From: Pseudomonadales bacterium
GTDB lineage: Bacteria; Pseudomonadota; Gammaproteobacteria; Pseudomonadales; DSM-25080
Direction of reading: 5' to 3'
NCBI GenBank assembly: GCA_040119265.1
Contig: JBEDTZ010000011.1
Span: 86,587-110,586 of the forward strand
DNA: 24,000 nucleotides
Shown: piece by piece, positions 8,168 to 16,020 of the stretch
Numbering within the stretch: position 1 is the first letter of the stretch
Layout of the letters: every line of letters begins with the position of its first letter
The notes under the pieces: generated by a model
Seen by the model: only the letters and a program-made list of their open reading frames with translations
Databases searched by the model: none
What the model was told of the DNA's origin: nothing
Translations under genes and position numbers: made by a program

Positions 8168-11023
8168 ATGAAAAACCTCTTTGTAGGCCTGATAACAGCC
8201 GTCATGGTTACGGCTTGCTCACCAGCGGACCAGCAGAGCAGTGATACCAGTAATCAAGCGGGCACGGATTTCTCGCTGGATTACGAGTACTACCAGCTTG
8301 ATAACGGCTTGAACGTCATTTTGCACCGCGATGACTCGGATCCTATTGTGGCCGCTGCGACCATTATTCATGTAGGTTCATCACGTGAAGAAACCGGTAG
8401 AACTGGCTTCGCGCATCTGTTTGAGCATATGGCATTTAATGATTCCGAAAACGTGCCGCGCGGTGCTAACCGCCAAATGATTGAAGAGCTAGGTGGCTCC
8501 CGTAATGGTGGCACCTGGAGTGACGGCATCATTTACTACGAAGTGGTCCCCAAGGACGCCATTGAAAAGCTAATGTGGATTGATTCCGATCGCTTTGGCT
8601 ACATGATCAACACCGTTACCGAATCGGCGCTAGAGCGCGAGAAACAGGTAGTTAAAAACGAGAAGCGCCAGCGTGTAGACAACCAACCCTATGGTCACAC
8701 CGGCGCCATAATTCGCCGTGCACTCTACCCCGCAGGCCACCCCTATTCTTGGACAGTCATTGGTGAACTTGAAGACTTACAGGCGGCGACCTTAGCCGAT
8801 GTTCGCGAGTTCTACGATCGCTACTATGGTCCATCTAATGCCACCTTGGTGATTGCGGGTGATATTGATATTGAGGAAACCAAAGCACTGGTCGAAACCT
8901 GGTTTGGTGAAATTCCTGCCGGTCAGGATATCAGTGACTTGGCCCCAATGCCGGTAAATCTAGATGAGTCTATCCGTCTTTCGCACCTTGATAATTTCGC
9001 CCGGCTGCCGGAGCTGCGTATCACCATCCCAACGGTGGAGGAATACCATCCGGACAGCTATGCACTGGAAGCCTTGGCTCAGTTGTTAGCCGATGGCAAG
9101 CGCGCCCCACTCTATCGCCATGTAGTAGAAGAAGACGCCTTAGCACCGGGTGTTCGAGCCAGTCAAAATAGCAGTGAGCTAGCTGGTGAGTTCTCGATAG
9201 CGGTTCGTGGTAACGCCGGCGTTGCCCTAGATGATGTTAGCGCCTCCATTGATCGCGCTCTGGCGGACTTCGAGCAAAACGGTTTTGATGACCGCGATCT
9301 TGAGCGTATTAAAGCGGGCTTAGAAACCTCATTCTACCAAGGTGTTTCATCGGTATTAAACAAAGCCTTCCAGTTGGCAACCTATGCGGAATACGCCGGT
9401 GACCCGGGTTACTTCCAGACAGACATCCAGCGTATTCAAGCGGTCACGCGTGAAGACGTGCTGCGCGTTTATAACACCTATGTGAAAGACGCCAATGCCA
9501 TTTACACCAGCGTGGTGCCGAAGGCAGCGCCGGAGCTAGTACTTGCTGGTTCAGTAGATGCCGGCATTGTCGAAGAAGCCATTGTGGCCGGCGCGGAGCC
9601 GACCTTCGATGACAGCGAAGCGGACTACGAACGAACCGTTACCGTGCATGACCGCAGCGAACCACCGCTGGGCCCAATGCCGGAGATTAAAACCCCAGTA
9701 GTGAGTGATAACCTTGCCGATAACGGTGTGCGTTTACTCAACATTGAGTCCAACGAGCTACCACTATTCAACTTCGAACTCTACATCCCGGGCGGTGTCT
9801 GGCTAGAGAATGACAGCGACTATGGCGTCAACGCCCTCACCGCAAGTTTGATGAACGAGGGTACCGCCATGCGGACTCCGGCAGAACTGGAAGACGATAT
9901 CGGTCTGCTAGGTTCGTCGTTGAGTATCAATTCGTCCATGGACGGCATCATCCTTCGCGGCAGCGGCTTAGCCCGCAACTTCGAAGACACCTTGGCGATT
10001 GCGGCGGAAATGCTGCAATCACCGCGCTTTGAGCAAGCGGACTTTGACCGCCTAAAGCAGCAAACGCTAACGCGCATTCAAGCGAGTGAAACCTCGCCCA
10101 TGAGCATCGCGTCACGCGCTGCCTTTGCGACCCTATACCCCGCTGACTTCCGTGCGGCCTCACCAACCGTGGGCACCTCGGAAACTGTTAGCAATCTTGA
10201 ACTGGCTGACGTACAGGCTTTCTACCAACAGGCGATTCGCCCGAACAACGCAGCCTTTAGTGTTGCGGGCGCCCTCGATAGCGAGCGTGTGCAACGTGCC
10301 TTTAACAGCCAATTTGGTAGCTGGACTGCCGCGGCAGACACTAGCGATCAAAGCAACGCGCAAAACGAAGCTCCGGTCGCGGCGGCAACCGAACTCCCTA
10401 ACTGGGTATTCGTAGATCTGCCCGATGCTAAGCAATCGGTGCTGTTCATGGCTGCTCAGGGACCATCGTCCTACTCCACGGATGAATACGATTTGGATGT
10501 AGCTATTAACCGCCTAGGCGGTGGTAGTAGTGCACAGTTGTTCCAAACCCTACGTATTCAATTAGGCTATACCTACGGTGCGTATGCCACGGTCTATGGC
10601 GGGCGCTACAACGGCCCGGCTTTGGCCTATAGCAGTGTTCGCGCCAATGTCACCTCAGAGGCTATGGAAGTTTTCCAAGGGTTGATTGAAGGCTATGACG
10701 CTCAGTTTAGCGAAGCCGATTTAGCGACTACGCAGAACATTCTGATTAAATCACAGACTCGTGCCTATGAAAGCTTAGGGCAGAAAACTGGGATGCTATC
10801 GGAGATGGCTCGCTACAACCGCACTAGCGATTATGTGTCGGCACGTCAGAACCGTGTTGCCAACATGAGCACTGACCGTGTGAGTGAACTGCTAAACCAG
10901 TACCTACCACAGGACAAACTGCTGTATGTGATTGTGGGTGATAAAGCCACTCAGTACGATACGCTGGTTGAACAGCTGGGTGAACCACGTGAGCTTGACC
11001 GATGGGGACAGCCGGTGGAGTAA
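8168..11023 (+). CDS. M16-family (pitrilysin/insulinase) zinc peptidase, tandem double-unit, predicted lipoprotein
   Basis: The inverted zinc motif HLFEH occurs in GFAHLFEHMAF, with the downstream E in EREKQVVKNE. The ~950 aa length fits two M16 active/inactive domain pairs. The ATG at 8168 (AAGGGA SD 7 nt upstream) gives MKNLFVGLITAVMVTAC, a lipobox-like signal. The track start at 8141 is TTG. Confidence 0.85.
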   Translation: MKNLFVGLITAVMVTACSPADQQSSDTSNQAGTDFSLDYEYYQLDNGLNVILHRDDSDPIVAAATIIHVGSSREETGRTGFAHLFEHMAFNDSENVPRGANRQMIEELGGSRNGGTWSDGIIYYEVVPKDAIEKLMWIDSDRFGYMINTVTESALEREKQVVKNEKRQRVDNQPYGHTGAIIRRALYPAGHPYSWTVIGELEDLQAATLADVREFYDRYYGPSNATLVIAGDIDIEETKALVETWFGEIPAGQDISDLAPMPVNLDESIRLSHLDNFARLPELRITIPTVEEYHPDSYALEALAQLLADGKRAPLYRHVVEEDALAPGVRASQNSSELAGEFSIAVRGNAGVALDDVSASIDRALADFEQNGFDDRDLERIKAGLETSFYQGVSSVLNKAFQLATYAEYAGDPGYFQTDIQRIQAVTREDVLRVYNTYVKDANAIYTSVVPKAAPELVLAGSVDAGIVEEAIVAGAEPTFDDSEADYERTVTVHDRSEPPLGPMPEIKTPVVSDNLADNGVRLLNIESNELPLFNFELYIPGGVWLENDSDYGVNALTASLMNEGTAMRTPAELEDDIGLLGSSLSINSSMDGIILRGSGLARNFEDTLAIAAEMLQSPRFEQADFDRLKQQTLTRIQASETSPMSIASRAAFATLYPADFRAASPTVGTSETVSNLELADVQAFYQQAIRPNNAAFSVAGALDSERVQRAFNSQFGSWTAAADTSDQSNAQNEAPVAAATELPNWVFVDLPDAKQSVLFMAAQGPSSYSTDEYDLDVAINRLGGGSSAQLFQTLRIQLGYTYGAYATVYGGRYNGPALAYSSVRANVTSEAMEVFQGLIEGYDAQFSEADLATTQNILIKSQTRAYESLGQKTGMLSEMARYNRTSDYVSARQNRVANMSTDRVSELLNQYLPQDKLLYVIVGDKATQYDTLVEQLGEPRELDRWGQPVE

Positions 11024-11075
11024 TTACCACTTTGGGCGCATCAAGTTGCCCACCTAAATACCCTTTAAGGGAAAA

Positions 11076-11105
11076 CAAAATGCCCTCTTAGCGAGGGCAT
11101 TTTTG
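11076..11105 (+). terminator. Bidirectional rho-independent terminator after the M16 peptidase gene; also the first part of the left direct repeat
   Basis: The sequence is AAAA-ATGCCCTC-ttagc-GAGGGCAT-TTTT: an 8-bp GC-rich stem flanked by an A-tract and a T-tract, beginning 53 nt after the stop codon. Confidence 0.8.
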
Positions 11106-11196
11106 CAACTCCTTTTTGAGTCAACCCAGACTGTCTTCGCCACCTTGGGGGGACTATGAAGACTGTCTGTGCCGCCGTTGTTAAATGATGCAGCGC
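11078..11196. repeat. Left copy of the island-flanking direct repeat
   Basis: Manual alignment to 18313-18449 gives about 105 identical positions out of 119. Shared blocks include AAATGCCCTCTTAGCGAGGGCATTTTT, AACTCCTTTTTG, GACTGTCTTCGCCA, CTTGGGGGGACTATGAAGACTGTC and GCCGCCG. Confidence 0.85.
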
Positions 11197-11228
11197 TGCA
11201 ACAAAACATTTTCTGACGACTAAACACT

Positions 11229-11291
11229 TTGAGACGGTTGAGACGGTTGAGACGGTTGAGACGGTTGAGACGGTTGAGACGGTTGAGACGG
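11229..11291. repeat. Perfect tandem repeat (TTGAGACGG) x7, 9-bp unit
   Basis: Read directly from the sequence: seven identical head-to-tail 9-mers. The repeat is intergenic, 33 nt inside the left direct repeat. The 91-aa minus ORF across it (RLNRLNRLN...) is an artefact of the repeat. Confidence 0.95.
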
Positions 11292-11427
11292 ATAGTTCTA
11301 CACCAAAAAAGCAGCTGAAAGCTAGGCATTATCTTTCATAGCATTTTTAGATATAGAATCTATAGCTAAAAAGTCTATTTATTGACCCCAAAAATATTTG
11401 ACTAGCCAGTCACAATACATAAGATAG

Positions 11428-11443
11428 TGTGAACTAGATCACA
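11428..11443. promoter_or_regulatory. Consensus CRP (cAMP receptor protein) binding site upstream of the tna leader
   Basis: TGTGA-ACTAGA-TCACA matches the TGTGA-N6-TCACA consensus perfectly, with AT-rich flanks (ATAG...TTTT). Its centre is ~96 nt upstream of the leader ORF ATG. E. coli tna is CRP-dependent. Confidence 0.7.
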
Positions 11444-11531
11444 TTTTGTTTGCTTTTGATTTAGTTTTTTGATTTTTGATAAGTTAGTTTTTTATAGGTA
11501 ACAAGAGTTTAAATCTTTAATAGGAGGAGAG

Positions 11532-11657
11532 ATGTTAGTAACAAATCAAGACCATTTTACCTCTACTCCTTCCCCTTGTAGCTGGTTCAGATGGTTTACA
11601 GCTGATCCTCTTATTAAAGACTCTGTTAAATCCAGCGTTATCACTCCTTCTCTCTAA
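11532..11657 (+). CDS. Candidate tna operon leader peptide (41 codons, TnaC-like by position and W-F-x-x-D motif)
   Basis: The strong SD TAGGAGGAGAG is immediately upstream of the ATG. Translation: MLVTNQDHFTSTPSPCSWFRWFTADPLIKDSVKSSVITPSL*. It lies between the CRP box and tnaA, 122 nt upstream of the tnaA ATG. W21-F-T-A-D25 parallels E. coli TnaC W12-F-N-I-D16. It is too short to appear in the ORF track. Confidence 0.5.
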   Translation: MLVTNQDHFTSTPSPCSWFRWFTADPLIKDSVKSSVITPSL

Positions 11658-11779
11658 CTCCATTCTTAATTGAATTTGGATTTGGAGGCCAGTTGCCGCA
11701 ATTCCCATACTAAAACTACTCGCGTCTTCTGGCCATTTTGAACCTGTGAATAATGGTCCGCCAATAGTGGCGTGCTTGG

Positions 11780-13189
11780 ATGCTTATTATGAAAAATTTA
11801 CCCCAGCCCTATAAAATCAAGTCAATAGAACCCATTCAGCTACTCTCTTTCGAGCAACGCTTCAATGCGTTAGCTAAAGTTGGCTTTAATCCCTTTTTGC
11901 TACGTAGTGATGATGTCTACATCGATCTTCTTACGGATTCTGGCACCGGAGCCATGAGCCAAGAGCAATGGTCTGCCCTAATGCTGGGAGACGAGTCCTA
12001 TGCAGGCAGTCGGAGCTACTACAAGCTAGAGCAAGCTGTGCATTACATATTCAATTATCAATACACCATACCTACCCATCAGGGCAGAGGCGCTGAACAG
12101 ATCCTGTTTCCTGCTCTTATCAACAAGATGAGAAATGAGAAAGGCGGCGACAAGGCTGTATTCATCTCTAACTACCACTTTGACACTACGGCGGCGCATG
12201 TTGAGCTAAACGATGCCAAAGCGATCAATGTAGTATGCGAACAAGCTCATCAGCTTAGTGATCCCTATGATTGGAAGGGAAATTTCGATATCCCTTTGCT
12301 ACTAAAAACTATTAATACCCAAGGTCCTGAAAATATTGCTGCCATCATCATCACGATTACCTGCAATAGTATGGGTGGGCAGCCTGTTTCCATGGAGAAC
12401 ATGAGGTCCGTTTATGAAATTGCACGCGAGTTTGACATCCCGGTGGTGATGGACGCCGCGCGTTTCGCGGAAAATGCTTTCTTCATTCGTCAACGAGATC
12501 CGTTCTACCAAACGACTAGCATCGATGAAATCGTCTACCATATGTTTGAGTATGCCGATATCTTTACCATGTCCGCTAAAAAGGATGCGATGGTCAATAT
12601 TGGTGGACTTTGTTGTTTCAAAGATAACGAAGCATTGTATCGTGAAGTTCAAACCCTTTGCATCCCTATGGAGGGCTTCGCCACCTATGGCGGACTAGCT
12701 GGGCGCGATATGGAAGCGCTGGCAGTAGGTTTGTATGAATCTATCAATTTGGAGTATCTCACTGCTCGTATTGAGCAGGTAGAGCGATTAAATAATAAGC
12801 TCGCAGAGGCGGGCATCCCCGTTCAGACTCCTAGCGGCGGTCATGCGGTATTTATCGACGCCAAAGCACTCCTTCCTGACATCCCTGCTGATCAGTTCCC
12901 TGGCCATGCCTTGGCCATTGCTTTGTACCTTGAAGCAGGAATTAGATCGGCTGAAATCGGCTCACTCCTTCTAGGGAGAGACCCTCAAACGGGGATCCAA
13001 AAGACCTCTCCAACGGAGCTTTTGCGGCTAGCAATTCCTCGACGTACCTATACTAATGAGCACATTGATTATGTCGCCGAAAGCGTCATTAAAGTTGCGC
13101 AGCGTAAACAGGAAATTCCTGGCTATAGATTTACCTACGAGCCTCAAGTCTTACGTCACTTTCTCGCCGAGTTTGAAGCAGTCGCTTAA
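11780..13189 (+). CDS. tnaA: Tryptophanase (tryptophan indole-lyase), PLP-dependent beta-eliminating lyase
   Basis: Colinear from recall with E. coli TnaA along its whole length: [77 protein letters not shown]-lysine block [21 protein letters not shown] and YEPQVLRHF. These blocks fit TnaA better than tyrosine phenol-lyase (GNMYFTTT, MSGKKDCLV). The start could instead be the ATG at 11789. Confidence 0.92.
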   Translation: MLIMKNLPQPYKIKSIEPIQLLSFEQRFNALAKVGFNPFLLRSDDVYIDLLTDSGTGAMSQEQWSALMLGDESYAGSRSYYKLEQAVHYIFNYQYTIPTHQGRGAEQILFPALINKMRNEKGGDKAVFISNYHFDTTAAHVELNDAKAINVVCEQAHQLSDPYDWKGNFDIPLLLKTINTQGPENIAAIIITITCNSMGGQPVSMENMRSVYEIAREFDIPVVMDAARFAENAFFIRQRDPFYQTTSIDEIVYHMFEYADIFTMSAKKDAMVNIGGLCCFKDNEALYREVQTLCIPMEGFATYGGLAGRDMEALAVGLYESINLEYLTARIEQVERLNNKLAEAGIPVQTPSGGHAVFIDAKALLPDIPADQFPGHALAIALYLEAGIRSAEIGSLLLGRDPQTGIQKTSPTELLRLAIPRRTYTNEHIDYVAESVIKVAQRKQEIPGYRFTYEPQVLRHFLAEFEAVA

Positions 13190-13272
13190 TTAATCCGAAG
13201 TAACAACAGTCACGCTAAAAATTTCAATAACAGAGCGTGACTGTTAATCAATTAATACTGCAAGGAGTTTCT

Positions 13273-14547
13273 ATGAAAGATTCAAATCTCAGCAAGCCTG
13301 ACAAGGCCGCTTCGATAATCTATGGAGCAGCTGTAATCTTCAGTACCGCCGTGGGCGTGGGGATGATGAGCCTTCCTATTGTAAGCGTGGGAATGTGGTT
13401 TAGCCTGAGTGTGGTCGTTATTATCCTGACAGCATTCTATGTTATTTCTGCTGGTAGCTTGATACTTGAAGTGAGCATGCGCTACCCCCAAGATACCGGC
13501 ATTCATACTATGGTAGATAGCCTACTTGGAAAGCGACACGCTTTCTGCAATGCATCGGTAATGCTGTTTAATGGTTATATTCTTCTTTATGCCTACCTAA
13601 CAGCGGGCAGTGAAGCCATACAATTTTACGTTGAAAAAGCCACTGAGCAGCCCCTTGGCTCAACCGCCTCAGGACTTCTATTTGCCCTAATTTTTAGCTT
13701 TATCCTCTTTCTGCGTCCACTCTCCATAAGTCGCTTTCTGAGTATCTTCATCACACTGATGATCCTGTCATTTATTTATGTTGCCTATTCGTTAGCGATA
13801 AAGATTGACCTAGAGAATTTAGTTGCTTCACAGCAGGGCCTAATTCGTCAATTTTCACTCGCACCCTATGCCGTCGTCGCCTTGCCATTTTTTGCTGCCG
13901 CATTGGGGTACCAACAAACAATTCCAATGCTAAGAAATCTCTACAACAACGATGCCACCAAGGTATTTAAAGCAATTATTTTAGGAGTCTGTGGCGTAGC
14001 CACACTGTATCTCTGTTGGCTGACCCTGACGATGGGAAATCAAACTCAAACTGAGATGATTACAAAGCTATCCTCAGGCAACAATCGCATCGAGGATTTA
14101 GTTTCAACACTAAGTCACAGTGTTGAACTCAAGGCATTAATGTTCCTCTTTGTTCAATTAGCTGTTGTCACCTCGTTTATCGGCGTAGCAAAGGGGGTTC
14201 TTGATTACCTCACCGATATTTTTGTCAATCATCTACAGCTCTCGTCAAAATATGCCAAAGTTTTGGTAATTCTGCCTCCCCTAACGATGTCGCTGTTATT
14301 CCCTTACGGCTTCCTTCTTGGAATCGGCTTCGCCGGTTTAACAGGCGCGATTTGGGGCGGCCTTTATCCGTCATTACTAGCACTAAAGATCGAACAAAAG
14401 CCACCGCTTAGAGGTATGAGCTTTAAAACCCCAGGCGGCAGATTTACCCCGTGGTTCACGCTGCTATTCAGCCTTGTGATTGTCGCAGCTATCTTACTTA
14501 GCCTCTTCGATTTACTACCGCAATATCCCGCTATAGAGGAGCAATAA
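13273..14547 (+). CDS. tnaB: Aromatic amino acid (tryptophan) permease, TnaB/Mtr/TyrP (HAAAP) family
   Basis: About 11 TM segments. Recalled similarity to E. coli TnaB includes GAAVIFSTAVGVGMMSLP, LLYAYLTAG, LAVVTSFIGVAKGVLDYLTDIF and FPYGFLLGIGFAGL. It lies directly downstream of tnaA. The ATG at 13273 follows an AAGGAG SD; the track start at 13237 is GTG. Confidence 0.85.
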   Translation: MKDSNLSKPDKAASIIYGAAVIFSTAVGVGMMSLPIVSVGMWFSLSVVVIILTAFYVISAGSLILEVSMRYPQDTGIHTMVDSLLGKRHAFCNASVMLFNGYILLYAYLTAGSEAIQFYVEKATEQPLGSTASGLLFALIFSFILFLRPLSISRFLSIFITLMILSFIYVAYSLAIKIDLENLVASQQGLIRQFSLAPYAVVALPFFAAALGYQQTIPMLRNLYNNDATKVFKAIILGVCGVATLYLCWLTLTMGNQTQTEMITKLSSGNNRIEDLVSTLSHSVELKALMFLFVQLAVVTSFIGVAKGVLDYLTDIFVNHLQLSSKYAKVLVILPPLTMSLLFPYGFLLGIGFAGLTGAIWGGLYPSLLALKIEQKPPLRGMSFKTPGGRFTPWFTLLFSLVIVAAILLSLFDLLPQYPAIEEQ

Positions 14548-14549
14548 CG

Positions 14550-15905
14550 ATGTTATTAAGCCAAACGCTTACCCTAGCTATAACAGCTTTACCTATCAAC
14601 CCTGACTGCCGCCTCTACTGCACACAAGAAGAGAACGAGTCATCAAACTATCTCTCAAGCTTAGTGAAAATAGACAGCGAAGCGAGCACCTTCCAAACCC
14701 CATCACGGGAGTTCCAGCTAGCTCTAAAATCTAGCTTGGACCAGGACGTCTGCCGAAGCTTAGCGAGGAACTTAGCAACCTGTAGCAAGTACCAGCTCGC
14801 TGGAGCAGCTCCCAAGAACACCGAGTTTTCAGCAAGTACTGGCTATCAATCAGAAATTACAGAAACTGGTCTTGGCTGGCAATCTGCACAAATTGACTAC
14901 TTTAGCTATACCACGGTCGCTAGCAATACTCGCTCTGGATCGAGTGATTTTTCGTCAGGAGGGATTGCAAGGTTCTACAGCGATTACCTCATTACCGACG
15001 ACGTTAAATCACGAGAGCAGATTCGCTTCAAGGTAGAGCATCGAAACAGCTATACATCAACGAGCCCTCTCAGCTTTGTACTAACTGATATCGGCGCGGT
15101 TGGACTCATTGAGCCTCAGTTCAATGACGGAGGATTTCGTCTTACTCATTTGTACTGGGAAAAAGCTTGGAATCAAAACCGTAGTAACTTGTCCTTCGGT
15201 TTTCTAGACCCTACCAACTACGTTGACACTTACCAGTTAGGTAACCCCTGGGAAGGATTTAATAATTTTATCTTCAGTACTGGTTCAGGAACCATGACCT
15301 TGCCTGACGAGAGTACTTTTGGAGTTTCTTTAAAGCAGCTATTTTACGACAACTATTACGCTATAGCGAGTATCTCAGATGCCAATGCTGACTCCACCGA
15401 TCCATTCAGTGGCCTATTCGACGGCGGACGCGTTTTTTGGTCTATCGAAGTAGGATTGATTGAATCACCGGAAAAATTTTACACCCGCAATCTCCACTTA
15501 AGCTATTGGCGGATGGATGCAGGGACTCGCCACGGAAGTGAAGTTAGCAAAGGGGTCAATGTCTCATGGGTACATCAGTTGCAAGATTGGATGCCATTTT
15601 TCCGAGCAGGCTTAAGTTCAGGCGATGCCAGCCTCCTATCCTCCAATGTAACTATAGGCTCGGGCTATCTCGGATTCTCAGACCCAAGCTCTCTACTTGG
15701 TGTGGCCTTAGGTTGGGGTAAGCCTAATGAGTCCCTGTTCGGAGCACAGCAAGAGCATCAGTTTACAACTGAGGTCTTTTATAGAACCGAACTGTTCAAC
15801 CACTTGACGCTTACGCCCAATATCCAATACCTAAAGTCGCTACCCCTCAATCCTGAACATAACGAGTCATGGGTAGCGGGGCTGCGCCTAAAATTTGCCT
15901 TTTAG
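14550..15905 (+). CDS. Outer-membrane beta-barrel porin, OprB (carbohydrate-selective porin)-like
   Basis: It starts 2 nt after the tnaB stop, with a GAGGAG SD 8 nt upstream. The sequence alternates amphipathic and aromatic-rich stretches. The C-terminal block FTTEVFYRTELFNHLTLTPNIQYLKSLPLNPEHNESWVAGLRLKFAF resembles the OprB-family terminus (E..Y......P..QY...P......G.R....F) and ends in Phe. The N-terminus MLLSQTLTLAITALPINPDC is not a canonical signal peptide. Confidence 0.55.
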   Translation: MLLSQTLTLAITALPINPDCRLYCTQEENESSNYLSSLVKIDSEASTFQTPSREFQLALKSSLDQDVCRSLARNLATCSKYQLAGAAPKNTEFSASTGYQSEITETGLGWQSAQIDYFSYTTVASNTRSGSSDFSSGGIARFYSDYLITDDVKSREQIRFKVEHRNSYTSTSPLSFVLTDIGAVGLIEPQFNDGGFRLTHLYWEKAWNQNRSNLSFGFLDPTNYVDTYQLGNPWEGFNNFIFSTGSGTMTLPDESTFGVSLKQLFYDNYYAIASISDANADSTDPFSGLFDGGRVFWSIEVGLIESPEKFYTRNLHLSYWRMDAGTRHGSEVSKGVNVSWVHQLQDWMPFFRAGLSSGDASLLSSNVTIGSGYLGFSDPSSLLGVALGWGKPNESLFGAQQEHQFTTEVFYRTELFNHLTLTPNIQYLKSLPLNPEHNESWVAGLRLKFAF

Positions 15906-15925
15906 AGAATTTATCTGTTTTCCCA

Positions 15926-15966
15926 CGCTACTACTGAGCCTACGCAAGCGGTTATTCAGAGTAGCG
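15926..15966 (+). other. Intercistronic stem-loop between the porin gene and the ibrA-like gene
   Basis: CGCTACTACTGA (15926-15937) pairs with TCAGAGTAGCG (15956-15966) with a one-base bulge. There is no T-tract, so it is not a clear intrinsic terminator. It may be a processing or stability element, or a weak boundary. Confidence 0.3.
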
Positions 15967-16020
15967 GAGGGAGATACTCCACGCGGGGCAAATCGAATAA
16001 ACACTGAGGGATCTGGTCTA

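Noticed and set aside
8056-8244. 62-aa ORF and the TTG-8141 start upstream of the M16 peptidase
   Set aside because: The ATG at 8168 has a good SD and yields a proper lipoprotein signal peptide. The upstream extensions have no support.
11229-11291. Tandem 9-bp repeats as a possible CRISPR array
   Set aside because: The repeats are contiguous with no spacers, the unit is far too short, and no cas genes are nearby. It is a simple tandem repeat.
11054-11329. 91-aa minus-strand ORF containing RLNRLNRLNRLNRLNRL
   Set aside because: Its open frame is produced by the 9-bp tandem repeat. It also runs through the terminator hairpin and the direct repeat. It has no SD and its composition is not protein-like.
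11398-11426. Sigma70-like hexamers TTGACT (11398-11403) and TAAGAT (11420-11425) as the tna promoter
   Set aside because: This pair would start transcription inside the CRP box, which is inconsistent with CRP activation. Several alternative -10-like hexamers exist downstream in this AT-rich DNA, so the promoter cannot be placed without TSS data.
11780-13189. Alternative call of tyrosine phenol-lyase instead of tryptophanase
   Set aside because: The discriminating blocks match my recollection of TnaA ([45 protein letters not shown]) rather than TPL (GNMYFTTT, MSGKKDCLV). The adjacent TnaB-like permease and the Trp-containing leader also support tryptophanase. A phylogeny would settle it.
15895-16020. 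Track-predicted N-terminal extension of the ibrA-like ORF, overlapping the porin gene
   Set aside because: It begins with a non-ATG codon inside the porin gene's stop region. The extension is low-complexity and contains the intercistronic hairpin. The ATG at 16021 leaves the PP-loop at the normal distance from the N-terminus.
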